A DNA stretch of 64,000 bases from an uncultured Spirochaetota bacterium (GCA_963820525.1 CAWGAA010000001.1:800001-864000), one strand, 5' to 3'. Shown: positions 49,898 through 61,127, counted from the first letter of the stretch. Program-made: numbers and translations. The notes: generated by a model not told the origin, from the letters alone.

Positions 49898-51325
49898 ATG
49901 CAGTACATCTCTGCCGCGGTCTCCTTCATCTTCAGCTTCAAGGCCTATGTCATGCTGCCCCTCATCATCCTGGTGGTGGGTCTGGCAATCAGGATGAAGA
50001 CGGGCCAGGCGCTTCTTTCGGCGCTCAGACTCGGCGTGGGATTCGCCGGAATCTTCATCGTATTCGATTTCTTCGTCTCTCAGATCGCCCCCGCCGTCTC
50101 GACCCTGGTGAAAGCCCGAGGGCTGGATTTCCCCGTGCTCGACGTGGGATGGCCTCCGCTGGCGGGCATCACATGGGCGTCCCAGATCGCCCCGCTCACC
50201 ATTCCCCTCGTCCTGGCGCTCAACCTGGCCATGCTCGCCCTCAACCTCACCCGCACCGTGAACATCGACATCTGGAACTACTGGCACTTCGCCCTCATCG
50301 GGGTCCTCATCCAGAGGACCTCCGGAAGCATTCTGCTGGGCCTTGCCGCAGTGGCTCTCATCGCCGCGTACTCGATCAAGCTCGCGGACTGGAACGCACC
50401 CCTGGTAGAGAAGGAGTGCGGCCTGAAGGGAATCAGCATCACGACCCTCTCCGTCAATGGGCTCCTTCCCTTCGGCATCGCCGCCGACCGTCTCATGGAC
50501 CGGATCCCCGGGATACGGCGGATCTCCCTCTCGCCCCGGCAGGCGGGCCGGCTCGGCATCCTCATGGAGCCGATGCTCATCGGCGTCGCCCTGGGGGTTT
50601 TCTTCGGAGCCCTGGCCGGCTACGACGCGAAGAAAATTCTCGAGCTCGCCGTGAACATCGCGGCGGTCATGTTCATCCTCCCCCAATGCGGCGGGCTGAT
50701 CGGCAAGGGCATGGAGCCCGTCTCGCTGCGGCTGAAATCGCTTATCCAGGGAAGGTTCCCGAAGAAGGATGTCCTCTACATGGGCATGGACGCCGGGGTG
50801 CTCATGCAGAACGGCGCCGTGATCGTGACCGGTCTCCTGCTCATGCCGATCAGCGTCGGCATCGCCTTCATCCTGCCGGGCAACAAGACCCTGCCCCTCG
50901 GGGACCTTGCAAACCTCATCGCCGTGATGTCGGTCATCGTGCTGGCCACCCGGGGAAACGTATTCCGCGCGGTGCTCATCGGAATACCGATCGTCGCGGC
51001 CTACCTCCTCATTTCCACGCATCTGGCCCCCCTGTTCACAAGCCTCTCCGCTCAGGTCGGGGCCGGATTCACCAACAGCTATTCAGGGCCGATCACCGCG
51101 TTCACCGACGGCGGCAACCCCGTACGCTTCTGGGTTCTCACCCTGTTTCAGGGGAACATCATCGCGTTCGCCGTGATCCCGGTCGCACTCGGCCTGATGT
51201 ACCTGTCATGGCGGAACTACAGAAAGCTCCTCGCCGAGGCGAAGACGGCGCCGGAGGGGCGGGCCGTTTACCACGCGGCCGAGACCGCGGATGCCGACAA
51301 AACTGGAAGCAGCCCTAAAGGGTGA
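49898..51325 (+). CDS. PTS galactitol-family IIC component (GatC-like)
   Basis: LDVGWP, NIDIWNYWH, GMDAGV, LPGNKTLPLGDL. Confidence 0.88.
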   Translation: MQYISAAVSFIFSFKAYVMLPLIILVVGLAIRMKTGQALLSALRLGVGFAGIFIVFDFFVSQIAPAVSTLVKARGLDFPVLDVGWPPLAGITWASQIAPLTIPLVLALNLAMLALNLTRTVNIDIWNYWHFALIGVLIQRTSGSILLGLAAVALIAAYSIKLADWNAPLVEKECGLKGISITTLSVNGLLPFGIAADRLMDRIPGIRRISLSPRQAGRLGILMEPMLIGVALGVFFGALAGYDAKKILELAVNIAAVMFILPQCGGLIGKGMEPVSLRLKSLIQGRFPKKDVLYMGMDAGVLMQNGAVIVTGLLLMPISVGIAFILPGNKTLPLGDLANLIAVMSVIVLATRGNVFRAVLIGIPIVAAYLLISTHLAPLFTSLSAQVGAGFTNSYSGPITAFTDGGNPVRFWVLTLFQGNIIAFAVIPVALGLMYLSWRNYRKLLAEAKTAPEGRAVYHAAETADADKTGSSPKG

Positions 51326-51336
51326 AAGTCGGGCGC

Positions 51337-54300
51337 TCACTCTCTCTGCCCGAGAGGCTCGGCGGCGGGCTTGCTTCGAGCTACCTTGCGCCGGCGCTTG
51401 GCACCGCCGTCCACGGCGCCCTGCTCCAGGGCGGCCAGACGCCCCTCCTCGGCAACCTGCCGTTCCAGCTTGCCCACGCGCGTGCGCTCGAAGAGAAAGA
51501 ACGCCGCCGGCACCACGAAGAACGTGAGCGCGGCTGAGAAGACAATCCCTCCCAGCATGACCACGCCCATCTTCTGTCCGAACTCGGAGCCCTGGCCGCG
51601 GCCGAAGATCAGCGGGAAGCTGATGACGAGGACCGTGAGGGTGGTCATGACGATGGGGCGGAAGCGAAGCCGCGCCGCGTCGATCAGCGCGTCCTTGAAG
51701 GGCATGCGCCCGATGCGTTCAACCACGAAGTCCAGGTACAGGATGGCGTTCTTTGCCGACAGCCCGATGAGCATCAGCATCCCCATGAAGCCGAAGATAT
51801 CCAGCCCTCCGCCGAGGATGAACACCAGCCACAGTGCGCCGATGAGGGCGAGCGGAACGGGAAGGAGGAGGTAGAGGGGGTACCGCCACGAGTTGAACTG
51901 GGCCGCCATGACGAGATAGGCGAGAAAGAGCGCAAGGAGGAAGACGAGCGGTCCGGTTTTTAAAAGCTGGCCGGCCAGGGCCGCCATTCCGAACTGGCTG
52001 GAGGCGAGGCCCACGCCGTTGCCCAGAAGCCCCTGCGCCGTGAGCTCCTTGGTGATCTCCTGCTGCATGGTGAGGGCCGGAGGCGCGTTGGGCTGAGTAT
52101 CTATCGTAAGCTCCCCCGTATAGAGGCGGTTGTAGCGACTGATGGTGACGGGAGCCTGAGTCAGGACGAAGCTGCCGAGCTGGCCGATCTGCAGGTTGGT
52201 CTGGAGCGTGGGGGAATAGATGGGCAGGTTGAGGAGCGCCTGTCCGCCATAGAGGTAGATGGGGTTGATCTGGACCTGGATGGGGTAGCTCAGGCCTCCG
52301 GCAATGACGTTTGACGCCTGGGTGCCCGTGGTGTAGGTCTGCAAGGCCTGGGCGATCATCCCGGGTGTGATCCCGGTGCCCTTCAGCCGGGCCGGATCGG
52401 GGACGAAGTCGTTCTCCAACGAGGTATCCGAAAGGCTCGAGTTGATATCCGCAACGTAGGGGTCGTTCTGCAAGGCCTGGATGATCTGGGCGTTGCGCTG
52501 GAGGAGGGTGTTGAGATCCGCCGAGGTGAGGTTGAGCTGCAGCGCCGAGCCGCCGCCCCGGAATCCGCCGCCGGCCGAAACCGAAAACCGCGCCGATGGC
52601 TGATCCCGCAGAATGCCCGTCATGGTCCTTCTATACGTGGGGATCAGGGCGAATATGTTCGGCCGCGTATTCACGGGACTGAGCTGGACCGTGAACCTGT
52701 CGAAGCTTCCGACGACGGTCTGCACGATGCTCACCTCGGGCCGTGAGAGCAGGAACGCCTCTATCTTGCCTGCCTCGTCGTTCATCACGTTGACGGGGGT
52801 TCCCGGGGGAAGGCGCAGGCCGATGTTCATCGAGCCCGCGTCCGTCTGCGGGACGAAATTGAACGGCAGGGCGGGAACGATGACGAACGCCGACAGCGCG
52901 AGGAACGCCCCGGCTCCCACCAGGACCCACAAGCCGTATTTGAGGACCTTGTTGAGGGAGCGGGCATAAATGTCGCGGACCCACTCCAGGCCGGCCTCGG
53001 TCCACCCATGAAGAAGGTTGGTAAGCGGCGAGAAGAACGAGAGCAGGATGCGGCCGAAGTAGAAGACCACGCCGAGCGTCAGCGGATAGAGGGGGACGAC
53101 GAGCAGGATGAAGGGGAATTTCCTGAAGTATGCAAGGGCCGCTACGGCAGCGAGCCCCAGGACAACCCACAGGCCATTCTTCCAGTTTTTCCATCCCCAG
53201 GCGAGGGCCTGCGGGACAGCGGCGATGCTGCGGGGCAGGTCCGCCCATGTCAGCTCCTTCATATCCGGCGTATAGGCAAGCCGCACCGTGAGGAAAAGCA
53301 CGGCCTCCAGCAGCGAGAAGGCGACGGCAGCGGCCAGTCCCAGGGAGAACTGCTGGAGGTAGCTTCCGATGAAGCCGCCCATGAAGCTTACGGGGAGGAG
53401 CACGGAGAGAAGCGACAGCGTTGCGGCCACGACTGCGCTGAAGACCTCACTGGCTCCCTTGAGAACCGATTCCTTGAGGCTGAAGCCCATTGCGCGGTAG
53501 CGCTCCACGTTCTCCGAAACGACGATCGAGTCGTCGACCACGATCCCGATGGCGATGATGATGGCCAGGAGGGAGACGAGGTTGAGGGAAAAGCCGGCGA
53601 GCTTGTAGAGCACGGGAGACGCCGAGAGGGCGATGGGGATGGCGAGGATCACCGAGAGGGCCGTGTTGAGCTTTCCCAGGAAGAGAAGCACGATGATGGC
53701 GACCACGAGGGCCGTCAGGAAGAGCTCGCGGTAGGTCGCATCCACCGAGGCCTGGATGGGGCCCGTCGTGTCGTTGCTGATCGTGATGGCATAGCCGGAG
53801 GGAAGCCTCGTTCTGCCAAGAAGGTTCCGCACGCCGGAGGCCACGGCGACGGCGTTGGAGTCCGTGGTGCGCAGGAGCGATACCAGGACGACCGGCTCTC
53901 CGTTGATCCGGGCGTAATCGCTTATAGCGGGCGACTCGCGAACCGTGCCAAGGTCTCTCACGCTGATGCCCTTTGAGGAGTCCACGAGGATCTGGGAGAT
54001 CTGGCCCAGGTCCGAGGGGACGTTCTGCGTGGCGAACTGCAGGGCGTTATTGTTCGTCACAATGGTTCCGATGGGCTGGTTCACCGCCGACGCCGTGATG
54101 GCGTTCACGACCATCTGGGGAGTGATATTGTAGTAGCGCAGCCTGTCGGGATTGAGCAGGACGTCGAACTCGCGGGTCGGGCTTCCATTCACCTGGATAT
54201 TGGCCACGCCGTCCACCCGCTCCAGGAGCGGGGTCAGGGTGTTCTGCACGTAGTCCGCCACGTCCGTGAGGCTGGCCCCCTGCCCGGAAATGCCGAACTG

Positions 54301-54762
54301 GATCACGGGCTGGGAGTTCGGGTCGAAGGTCGAAACGGTGGGGGTCTGGATCCCGGTGGGCAGATTGCGCACGGAGGCGCCGACGAGCGAAGAGACCTGG
54401 CTCATTGCCGCGTTCTTGTCCACGGATGGATCGAAGCTCATGAATACCCGGCTGAATCCGATCGAGCTATCGGAGTTCAGATCCACGATCCCGCTCAGGG
54501 TGGACACCACGTTCTCGATGACCTGCGTCACCTGCTGATCCACGACGCTGGGAGTGGCGCCGGGGAAAGAGGTATTCACGACGACTACGGGGATGGTCAC
54601 CGACGGCAGAAGGTCCACGCCCAGCCCGAAGAACGAGATGAGGCCGAAGGTCACGATGGCCAGGAAGATCCCGACGGCAAGGACGTAACGGGTCACCGAG
54701 AATTTAACGGCGGGGTTGATTCTGTTGAAGATTTTCGTCTCGAAGTCTCGAAGCGTATCCAT
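51337..54762 (-). CDS. RND efflux transporter (AcrB family)
   Basis: GIVVDDSIVVSEN, GLSAKNAIL, RFRPIVMTT. Confidence 0.93.
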   Translation of the reverse strand: MDTLRDFETKIFNRINPAVKFSVTRYVLAVGIFLAIVTFGLISFFGLGVDLLPSVTIPVVVVNTSFPGATPSVVDQQVTQVIENVVSTLSGIVDLNSDSSIGFSRVFMSFDPSVDKNAAMSQVSSLVGASVRNLPTGIQTPTVSTFDPNSQPVIQFGISGQGASLTDVADYVQNTLTPLLERVDGVANIQVNGSPTREFDVLLNPDRLRYYNITPQMVVNAITASAVNQPIGTIVTNNNALQFATQNVPSDLGQISQILVDSSKGISVRDLGTVRESPAISDYARINGEPVVLVSLLRTTDSNAVAVASGVRNLLGRTRLPSGYAITISNDTTGPIQASVDATYRELFLTALVVAIIVLLFLGKLNTALSVILAIPIALSASPVLYKLAGFSLNLVSLLAIIIAIGIVVDDSIVVSENVERYRAMGFSLKESVLKGASEVFSAVVAATLSLLSVLLPVSFMGGFIGSYLQQFSLGLAAAVAFSLLEAVLFLTVRLAYTPDMKELTWADLPRSIAAVPQALAWGWKNWKNGLWVVLGLAAVAALAYFRKFPFILLVVPLYPLTLGVVFYFGRILLSFFSPLTNLLHGWTEAGLEWVRDIYARSLNKVLKYGLWVLVGAGAFLALSAFVIVPALPFNFVPQTDAGSMNIGLRLPPGTPVNVMNDEAGKIEAFLLSRPEVSIVQTVVGSFDRFTVQLSPVNTRPNIFALIPTYRRTMTGILRDQPSARFSVSAGGGFRGGGSALQLNLTSADLNTLLQRNAQIIQALQNDPYVADINSSLSDTSLENDFVPDPARLKGTGITPGMIAQALQTYTTGTQASNVIAGGLSYPIQVQINPIYLYGGQALLNLPIYSPTLQTNLQIGQLGSFVLTQAPVTISRYNRLYTGELTIDTQPNAPPALTMQQEITKELTAQGLLGNGVGLASSQFGMAALAGQLLKTGPLVFLLALFLAYLVMAAQFNSWRYPLYLLLPVPLALIGALWLVFILGGGLDIFGFMGMLMLIGLSAKNAILYLDFVVERIGRMPFKDALIDAARLRFRPIVMTTLTVLVISFPLIFGRGQGSEFGQKMGVVMLGGIVFSAALTFFVVPAAFFLFERTRVGKLERQVAEEGRLAALEQGAVDGGAKRRRKVARSKPAAEPLGQRE

Positions 54763-56135
54763 TACCTGCCTCCGGCCCCGCGCTGGCCCGATCCCTGTGC
54801 CTGCGGTGAGCCCGGCGGCTGCGAGCCCTGGGCTGCGGCGCCACCGACGGGCTGGACCGCCGATCCCGAAAGAAGCCCGGGCGGAGGGCTTACGATCACC
54901 TGTGTGCCCGCAGAAATCCCGGCCACGGCGGCCGTGATCCCCGTCTCCGCAATGACAGTGATGGGCTGTATGACGGCCTTGCCTCCCACGATTGTGAAAA
55001 CGTAATCCTGGTTCTCGTTGGTCTGGAGAGAGGAAACGGGAATCAGCGCCCCCCGGGCCAGGCCGAGGGAGTACGTCACCGTGCCGACGGCCCCGAAGGG
55101 AAAAGCGGAGCCGGCGGGGATTGTCGCCACCATGGGCACCACCCCGCCAATGGGCGCGGACGGCGCCTGGAGGATCCGAACGGGACTGTTCCTGCCCTCC
55201 AGGATGAACTGTACTACCATGCCCACCTTGAGGGCCGGAGCATCGGAGGGAGGAACATTGAAGTCGATCTGCCGATCCGCGCTCACCAGGACGAAGACGG
55301 GCGTGTTCGGGCTCACGTACGAGCCGGGGGTCACGTTGACAGCCGCTATCTGCCCCGCGAAGGGGGCCTTGATGGAGGCGTTCTGGAGGTTGAGCTCGGC
55401 CTGCGCGAGCTGATTGGAAGCCTGGTCCACCGCCAGCCTGAGTTGGGCGATGGATTGCGTGTCGGCCTGCTTGTTCTGCTCAAGGGCCGTCTTGGCGTTT
55501 TGCACGTTTGCCTGCGCCTGAGAGAGCTGGCTCTTGGCCGCATCGAGCGCAGAAGCGGAGACGCCGCCCTGGTCGAAGAGCGCCTTCTGGGAATTGTAGT
55601 TCTTCTGGGCGGAGTCAAGGGCCGCCTCGGCGGCTTGAAGCTGGGCTTGCAGGGTGGGAGTGGAGAGGCTCGTGTTCTGCTCTCCCACGGTCAGGTTTAT
55701 CTTTGCGTTCTGAAGGGCGAGCTGGGCGCTCTGCACGTTCAGCTTCAGCTGGGTGTCGTCGAGCTGAACGACAATTTGTCCCGCCTTGACCCAATCTCCC
55801 GCCATAAGAAGCGTGCGGGATACGATCCCACCCACCTGGGTGGCCACGGGGCTCTGTGTCACCGGCACGACGGAACCGGCCGTATCGTGCTGCGCGGAGA
55901 GCACGCCCTCATTGATGACCACGGCCTGGACAGGGATGGCACTGAACCTCCGTACGCCTTGATTCTGGCTTCCCGGCCCACGAGCCTGTCCTGCCGCGGG
56001 GAGCGTGCCCGATGCCTGTCCCTGACCCGGCGATGGGTCGGTGGCGGGTTTCCGCCCGCAGCCGATGAGCACGACGATCGCCACCGCGGCCCCCGCGATG
56101 AGAATCAATCTCAGTTTTTCAACCCTGATTTTCAT
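54762..56135 (-). CDS. RND periplasmic adaptor (membrane fusion protein)
   Basis: VGGIV..GDWVKAGQIVVQLD, coiled coil, IKAPFAGQI. Confidence 0.9.
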   Translation of the reverse strand: MKIRVEKLRLILIAGAAVAIVVLIGCGRKPATDPSPGQGQASGTLPAAGQARGPGSQNQGVRRFSAIPVQAVVINEGVLSAQHDTAGSVVPVTQSPVATQVGGIVSRTLLMAGDWVKAGQIVVQLDDTQLKLNVQSAQLALQNAKINLTVGEQNTSLSTPTLQAQLQAAEAALDSAQKNYNSQKALFDQGGVSASALDAAKSQLSQAQANVQNAKTALEQNKQADTQSIAQLRLAVDQASNQLAQAELNLQNASIKAPFAGQIAAVNVTPGSYVSPNTPVFVLVSADRQIDFNVPPSDAPALKVGMVVQFILEGRNSPVRILQAPSAPIGGVVPMVATIPAGSAFPFGAVGTVTYSLGLARGALIPVSSLQTNENQDYVFTIVGGKAVIQPITVIAETGITAAVAGISAGTQVIVSPPPGLLSGSAVQPVGGAAAQGSQPPGSPQAQGSGQRGAGGR

Positions 56136-56215
56136 AGGGGAATTATACGGAGAACCCGCGTTCCGGTGCCATTGATCCGCGATAAAAACATGATAATTTT
56201 TTGTTATCAGATGAC

Positions 56216-57001
56216 TCATGACGAAGCCCCCGAATAGTGCCTGACCCCGGCTCGCCAGAACAGGCGCGCGGAAGTGAAGAGGGCTGCAGCGAAAGCCCAG
56301 GCGCCAAGGAGGGCCTGCCACGAGAGCCGCCCGGCCAGCGCCTGTGCGGGAACGGTGGTCGCGAAAGCGATGGGGATCAGAAAGGTCAGGGCGAACCGCA
56401 GCCAACCCGGATAGATGCTCACGGGCCACCGGCCGGCGTCGTAGACGCTCTGAAAGATCACCAGGATGTTCTCCACCCGCACGAGCCAGAACGCGGTTGT
56501 CGCGAGAATGAGCCAGAAGCTGTAAACGATGAACGCGCCCGCAAGGAGCGCAAGGGCAAAGGCCGCGGCCTGCCAGAGCCCCACCTTCTCTCCCAGCCGG
56601 GCGAGCGCAACGCCAAGCACGGCGAAGCCGAGCGCGATGTCCATGGTTTTCCAGATCTCCACGCGCCAGACGCTGACCAGAAGCTGGGAATCCTCAGGCT
56701 TTGTGAGGGTGAAATCGAGGGACCCCTCGCGCACCGCCTCGGTGAGCTGCTCCATGCTGGGCTGGATCACAAGCCCAATCATGCCTCCTACAAGAAAATA
56801 CACGCCGACCAATGCCACAAGCTCGTCCGGGCCCCACCCGCCCAGGGTAGCAGTATGGGAGAAGATGATTGCAAGCCCCGCGAGCGCCGCTGCAAGCTCC
56901 AGCGCCGATTGCGCAAGATGGGCAAAGAAGTTGGCGCGGTAGGCTACCTCCGCCATCACGCCAACGCGGAAAAAAATCCAGAAAAGCCTCAAAAGCCTCA
57001 T
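56216..57001 (-). CDS. ABC-2 type permease
   Basis: EVAYRANFF, VREGSLDFTLTKP, GRWPVSIYP, PIAFATTVPA. Confidence 0.85.
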   Translation of the reverse strand: MRLLRLFWIFFRVGVMAEVAYRANFFAHLAQSALELAAALAGLAIIFSHTATLGGWGPDELVALVGVYFLVGGMIGLVIQPSMEQLTEAVREGSLDFTLTKPEDSQLLVSVWRVEIWKTMDIALGFAVLGVALARLGEKVGLWQAAAFALALLAGAFIVYSFWLILATTAFWLVRVENILVIFQSVYDAGRWPVSIYPGWLRFALTFLIPIAFATTVPAQALAGRLSWQALLGAWAFAAALFTSARLFWRAGVRHYSGASS

Positions 57002-57802
57002 GCCCCGACCGCCGAATAATTGCGAACGCTTGCGCGCCAGACAAGCCTGAGAAGCGCGAAGCCGGCCAGGAGCCACGCACCCTGCGCCGCCAGCCCTGTC
57101 AACGCCTCGACCGGGGAGAGCCGCCCGAGGAGGAGCTCCACGGGAAAGCCGACGGTCCAGCGAAAGGGCAGAATCGCGGCTACCGTGCGGATGGGAAGGG
57201 GCATGAGGGCAAGCGGGGCGATCTGGCCGGAAAGGAAAAGGGAGGCGATGAAGTAAAGCTGGTTTATCGCATCCACCCTCGTGGTCCAAAACGCAGCCAG
57301 CGCCAGGGTCCACTCGACGAGGAAGCGTACCGAGGAACGCGAGGACAAGGGCGGGCAGAAAGAGGGCAGCCGCCCAGACGGTCGTGGCGAGGGTTGGGCG
57401 GAAGATCACGGCCAGAACGACCGCGGCGAAGAGCATGACCGGGAGGCTCACCATCTTCGACGAGATGTTATCGGCGATATCGGCGTGGATGGGGTGCACG
57501 GGCTTGAGAAGGGCAAAGGAGAACGAGCCCTGGCGGATGCGGTAATCGAACTCGTACATGATCCACGTGTAGGTGACCTGGTTGACGAGCATGAGCACGA
57601 TGTAGTAGGCGGCGAAATTGCCCGCCGTGAATCCTCCGACGCTCCCGCCGCCGGCAGCCGCGACCGTAGACCAAACCACAAGGTAGACAAGCGGCTCGAG
57701 AACCCTTCCGATGAGCCAGATGAAAAGCGAGGCTCGGTACTGCACCATCGAAGCGATGCTTGTCTTCAGTTGTTGAGCGTACAGCTCGAAGAACCCCCTC
57801 AT
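56998..57802 (-). pseudogene. ABC-2 type permease with a +1 frameshift near 57330
   Basis: IRQGSFSFALLKP in one frame and FLSGQIAPL..LPFRW..FPVE in another; span 805 nt = 3n+1. Confidence 0.75.
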
Positions 57803-58827
57803 GCCGGCCCTCCGGCAAAGACCTGCTCAATCACCTCCTCGATCGGGGGATCCTCCACGGTGAGGTCCGTCACGGGCAGGTCCGCAAGGAGCCTACCGGT
57901 GACGCGGGCCGTCTCCGCCTTGGGAACCCTCAGGGTCACGCGGCCGTCCTGCTCCGAGACCACCTCTCCATAGGATGCGAGATCAGCCGCCCGGTCGAGC
58001 TGAACCACGATGGTCTTGTGGGCGGTATAGCGCCGCACGAGGCTCGCCAGCTCGCCGTCGAAAAGCAGCCTGCCGCGGTGGATCACGATGACACGGCGGC
58101 AGAGCGCCTCGACGTCGGCCATGTAATGGCTGGTGAGAAGGACCGTGGCTCCCGTACGGCGGTTGTACTCCGCGATGAAGGAGCGGATGCGCCGCTGCAT
58201 CGTGACGTCGAGGCCGATGGTCGGCTCGTCGAGAAATACAACCTGTGGGCTATGAAGGAGGGCTGCCGCAATCTCGCACTTCATCCTCTCGCCCAGGGAG
58301 AGATTGCGAACGGGCTTGGCAAGGAGCTCGCCGAGCTCCAAAAGCGCTGTGAGCTCTTCGAGCGTGCGGCGGTAGTCGGCAAGCGGGATCCGGTAGATCG
58401 CCCTGTTGAGCTCGAACGAGTCGGATGCGGGGATGTCCCAGACCAGTTGATTGCGCTGTCCCATCACCAGCGTGATCTGCCGCAGAAAAGCCCTCTCCCT
58501 TTTCCACGGCGTATGGCCCAGCACGGAAAGGCCCCCCGAGGTGGGATGCAGGAGCCCTGAGAGCATCTTGAGCGTCGTCGTTTTTCCGGCGCCGTTGGGG
58601 CCCAGAAACCCGACGATCTCCCCGGGAGCGAGATCAAAGGAAATCCCATCGACGGCGTGGACATCCTGGGTCCGCCGGTGAAACACGCCGGCGAGGGCTG
58701 CGCGGATTCCAGCCTCGCGTAGGCTGACAACGTAGGTTTTCGCGAGATCCCGGACCTGGATGGCGGACAGCCCGGCTTCGTTCGAGCGCCTGACGTCTCC
58801 GTCCCTACCAGCCTCCCTTTCCACCAC
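57799..58827 (-). CDS. ABC transporter ATP-binding protein
   Basis: GPNGAGKTT, LSLGERMK, FLDEPT, TSHYM; start approximate. Confidence 0.92.
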   Translation of the reverse strand: MVEREAGRDGDVRRSNEAGLSAIQVRDLAKTYVVSLREAGIRAALAGVFHRRTQDVHAVDGISFDLAPGEIVGFLGPNGAGKTTTLKMLSGLLHPTSGGLSVLGHTPWKRERAFLRQITLVMGQRNQLVWDIPASDSFELNRAIYRIPLADYRRTLEELTALLELGELLAKPVRNLSLGERMKCEIAAALLHSPQVVFLDEPTIGLDVTMQRRIRSFIAEYNRRTGATVLLTSHYMADVEALCRRVIVIHRGRLLFDGELASLVRRYTAHKTIVVQLDRAADLASYGEVVSEQDGRVTLRVPKAETARVTGRLLADLPVTDLTVEDPPIEEVIEQVFAGGPA

Positions 58828-58993
58828 ACTAGTATATGGCGGGACCGGCGGCCGGGCAAGGCAGCGCGAAAGCCGGCTGTCGCGGCCCAGACGAGCGCCC
58901 GGTCCACTTGGGGAGAAGTTAAGGAAATTTAACCCTTCCATAACCCGAACTGAACGCACCCCTTTGTACATTTCTACCCGGAGGTTGAAACAT

Positions 58994-60477
58994 ATGAGAA
59001 AACGAATGGTACTTATCGCGGTCATTGCGGCCGTGATCTTCGGAGCCGCAACGACAACCGCTCTCCTGGCGCGGGGCCGCGCGGAGCTGGCCGCCGCTCC
59101 CGTGGCCGACCAGGCGCCGGCCCCGCAGCTCGTGGCGGAGACGCAGTCGCTTCAATCGATGCAATCATCGTTCAGGGAGGTGGCCAAGAAGGTCCTTCCC
59201 GTCGTGGTTGAGATCAACGTCACCGCTGTGGTCAAGCAGCCGGCGGCGCCCAAGTTCCCCTTCAACTGGTTCTTCAACCAGCCCGGCCCCAACGGCCAGC
59301 CCAGGAGTTTCCGCGAGTCCGCCCTCGGCTCGGGGATCATCGTTCGGCACGCGGGAGACCGCTACTACGTGCTCACCAACAATCACGTGGTATCAAACGC
59401 CACAGAGGTGAGCGTCCGGCTCAACGACCAGAGGGTCTTCAAGGCGAGCGTGGTCGGAACCGATCCCCGGAAGGATATCGCCATGGTCTCCTTCGACAGC
59501 CGGGACACCATCCCGGTGGCGGATCTGGGCGACTCCGGCTCCCTGCAGGTTGGCGACATCGTCCTGGCAGTCGGCAACCCCTTCGGGTTCGAATCGACGC
59601 TCACCATGGGCATCGTGAGCGCGCTGGGCAGGCGCAGCACCCAGGGTGACGTATCAAGCTACACCGACTACATCCAGACCGACGCCGCGATCAACCAGGG
59701 CAACTCCGGCGGCGCGCTGGTCAACGTCCAGGGACAGGTTGTCGGGATCAACACCTGGATCGCCGCCCCCACGGGCGGGAACATCGGCCTCGGCTTCGCC
59801 ATCCCCATCAACAACGCCAGGACGGACATCGACTCCTTCCTTACGACGGGAAAGGTCACCTATGGATGGCTCGGAGTACAGATCGCCGACGTCCAGGATG
59901 CAAACACCTATCCCGGGTTCGCCCGAGACTTGAAGGTGGAGGGAGTGCCCGGAGCGATGGCGCTGAACGTCTACAAGGGATCCCCCGCGGACAAGGCGGG
60001 CATCCTTCCCGGGGACTACGTGACCCGGGTCGACACGACGAACATCCAGGGCAGCGACCAGCTCACGCAGGTGGTGGGCGGCCTTGCGGCCGGAAAGACC
60101 TACCCGTTCTCCATCATCCGCGGTGGAGCAAAAATGAACCTGCCCGTGACGATCGGGGTGCGGGACCCAATGATAACGTGGCCCAGTACAAGAACCTGTG
60201 GCCCGGGATGACCGTGGTGAATCTCACCGACCAGGTCCGCCAGGAAGCCAACATCCCCAAGGCCGTTCAGGGAGTCGTGGTTGGCTACCTTCCCGACCAG
60301 GACACTCCCGCATCAATCGCGGGATTCAAGGTGGGCGACGTGATTAGCGGCATAAACGGACAATCCGTCAGGAACGTGCTGGATTTCTACAAGGCCCTCA
60401 ACGACCGCTCGAAGAACCAGCTCTCCTTCCGCGTCGAACGGGAAGGGACCGAGATCGTGATCGGCATCACCCGGTAG
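58994..60477 (+). pseudogene. htrA: HtrA/DegP serine protease with a -1 frameshift near 60167
   Basis: LTNNHVV, KDIA, GNSGG; the second PDZ domain is in another frame; span 1484 nt = 3n-1. Confidence 0.85.
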
Positions 60478-60503
60478 AGAGCTTCCGCTTTCTACCGTTC
60501 ATG

Positions 60504-60542
60504 GACCGGCTGCGGGAGAAACCCCCGCGCCGGTCTTTTTTT
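60504..60542 (+). terminator. Rho-independent terminator after htrA
   Basis: GACCGGC..GCGGG / CCCGC GCCGGTC stem followed by T7. Confidence 0.75.
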
Positions 60543-60607
60543 GGTGAAAAGCGCTCAAGTCCCGCGCTGCATCGATACGATAGTACGAGTGAGAAAGGAG
60601 TCCCTCC

Positions 60608-61114
60608 ATGTCCAGCGTCCTGCCCCTTCGCAAACGCCCTCTCGACATCGTCATTCTCCTCTATTTCCTGTTCAACCTGGTTTTCATCAGCTACTTCTTC
60701 GACCTGGAACAGGTCGTCATCCCCGATGCATCGAACTTCAGCTACCCGGTCTGGCCTCCGAGGTTCATCGTGGACCTCTCCCACTGGTGGGGACGAACCG
60801 TCGACCCCCTTCTCTTCGCGCGGCCGGTATGGTGGCGCGCGACGATCTGGATTGACGTTCTTCTGTTCGGCCCGTACTATGTGCTGGCTATCTATGCTTT
60901 CACCAAGGGGAGGAACTGGATCCGGGTCCCCAGCCTCGTTTATGCCTCCGTGATGCTCACCAATGTGACCATCATCCTGAGCGAGGAAATCTGGGGTCCC
61001 CACGCGACGAGCAATCTCCCGGCGGTGGTCGGAGCGAACGCCTCATGGGTGATTATTCCCCTTGCCGTCATTTGGAGGATGCGAAAAGAGCCTTTCCCGC
61101 GCACCATGGAATGA
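60608..61114 (+). CDS. EXPERA/emopamil-binding-protein family membrane protein
   Basis: RBS AAGGAG; WGRTVDPLLFARPVWW..IDVLLFGP; 4 TM helices. Confidence 0.7.
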   Translation: MSSVLPLRKRPLDIVILLYFLFNLVFISYFFDLEQVVIPDASNFSYPVWPPRFIVDLSHWWGRTVDPLLFARPVWWRATIWIDVLLFGPYYVLAIYAFTKGRNWIRVPSLVYASVMLTNVTIILSEEIWGPHATSNLPAVVGANASWVIIPLAVIWRMRKEPFPRTME

Positions 61115-61127
61115 GGAGGAAAAGAGC

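Noticed and set aside
47769..51318. Long overlapping ORFs (589 aa, 495 aa, 476 aa) and similar ones across the GC-rich half
   Set aside because: Shadow frames of well-supported genes in high-GC DNA, with no recognisable motifs
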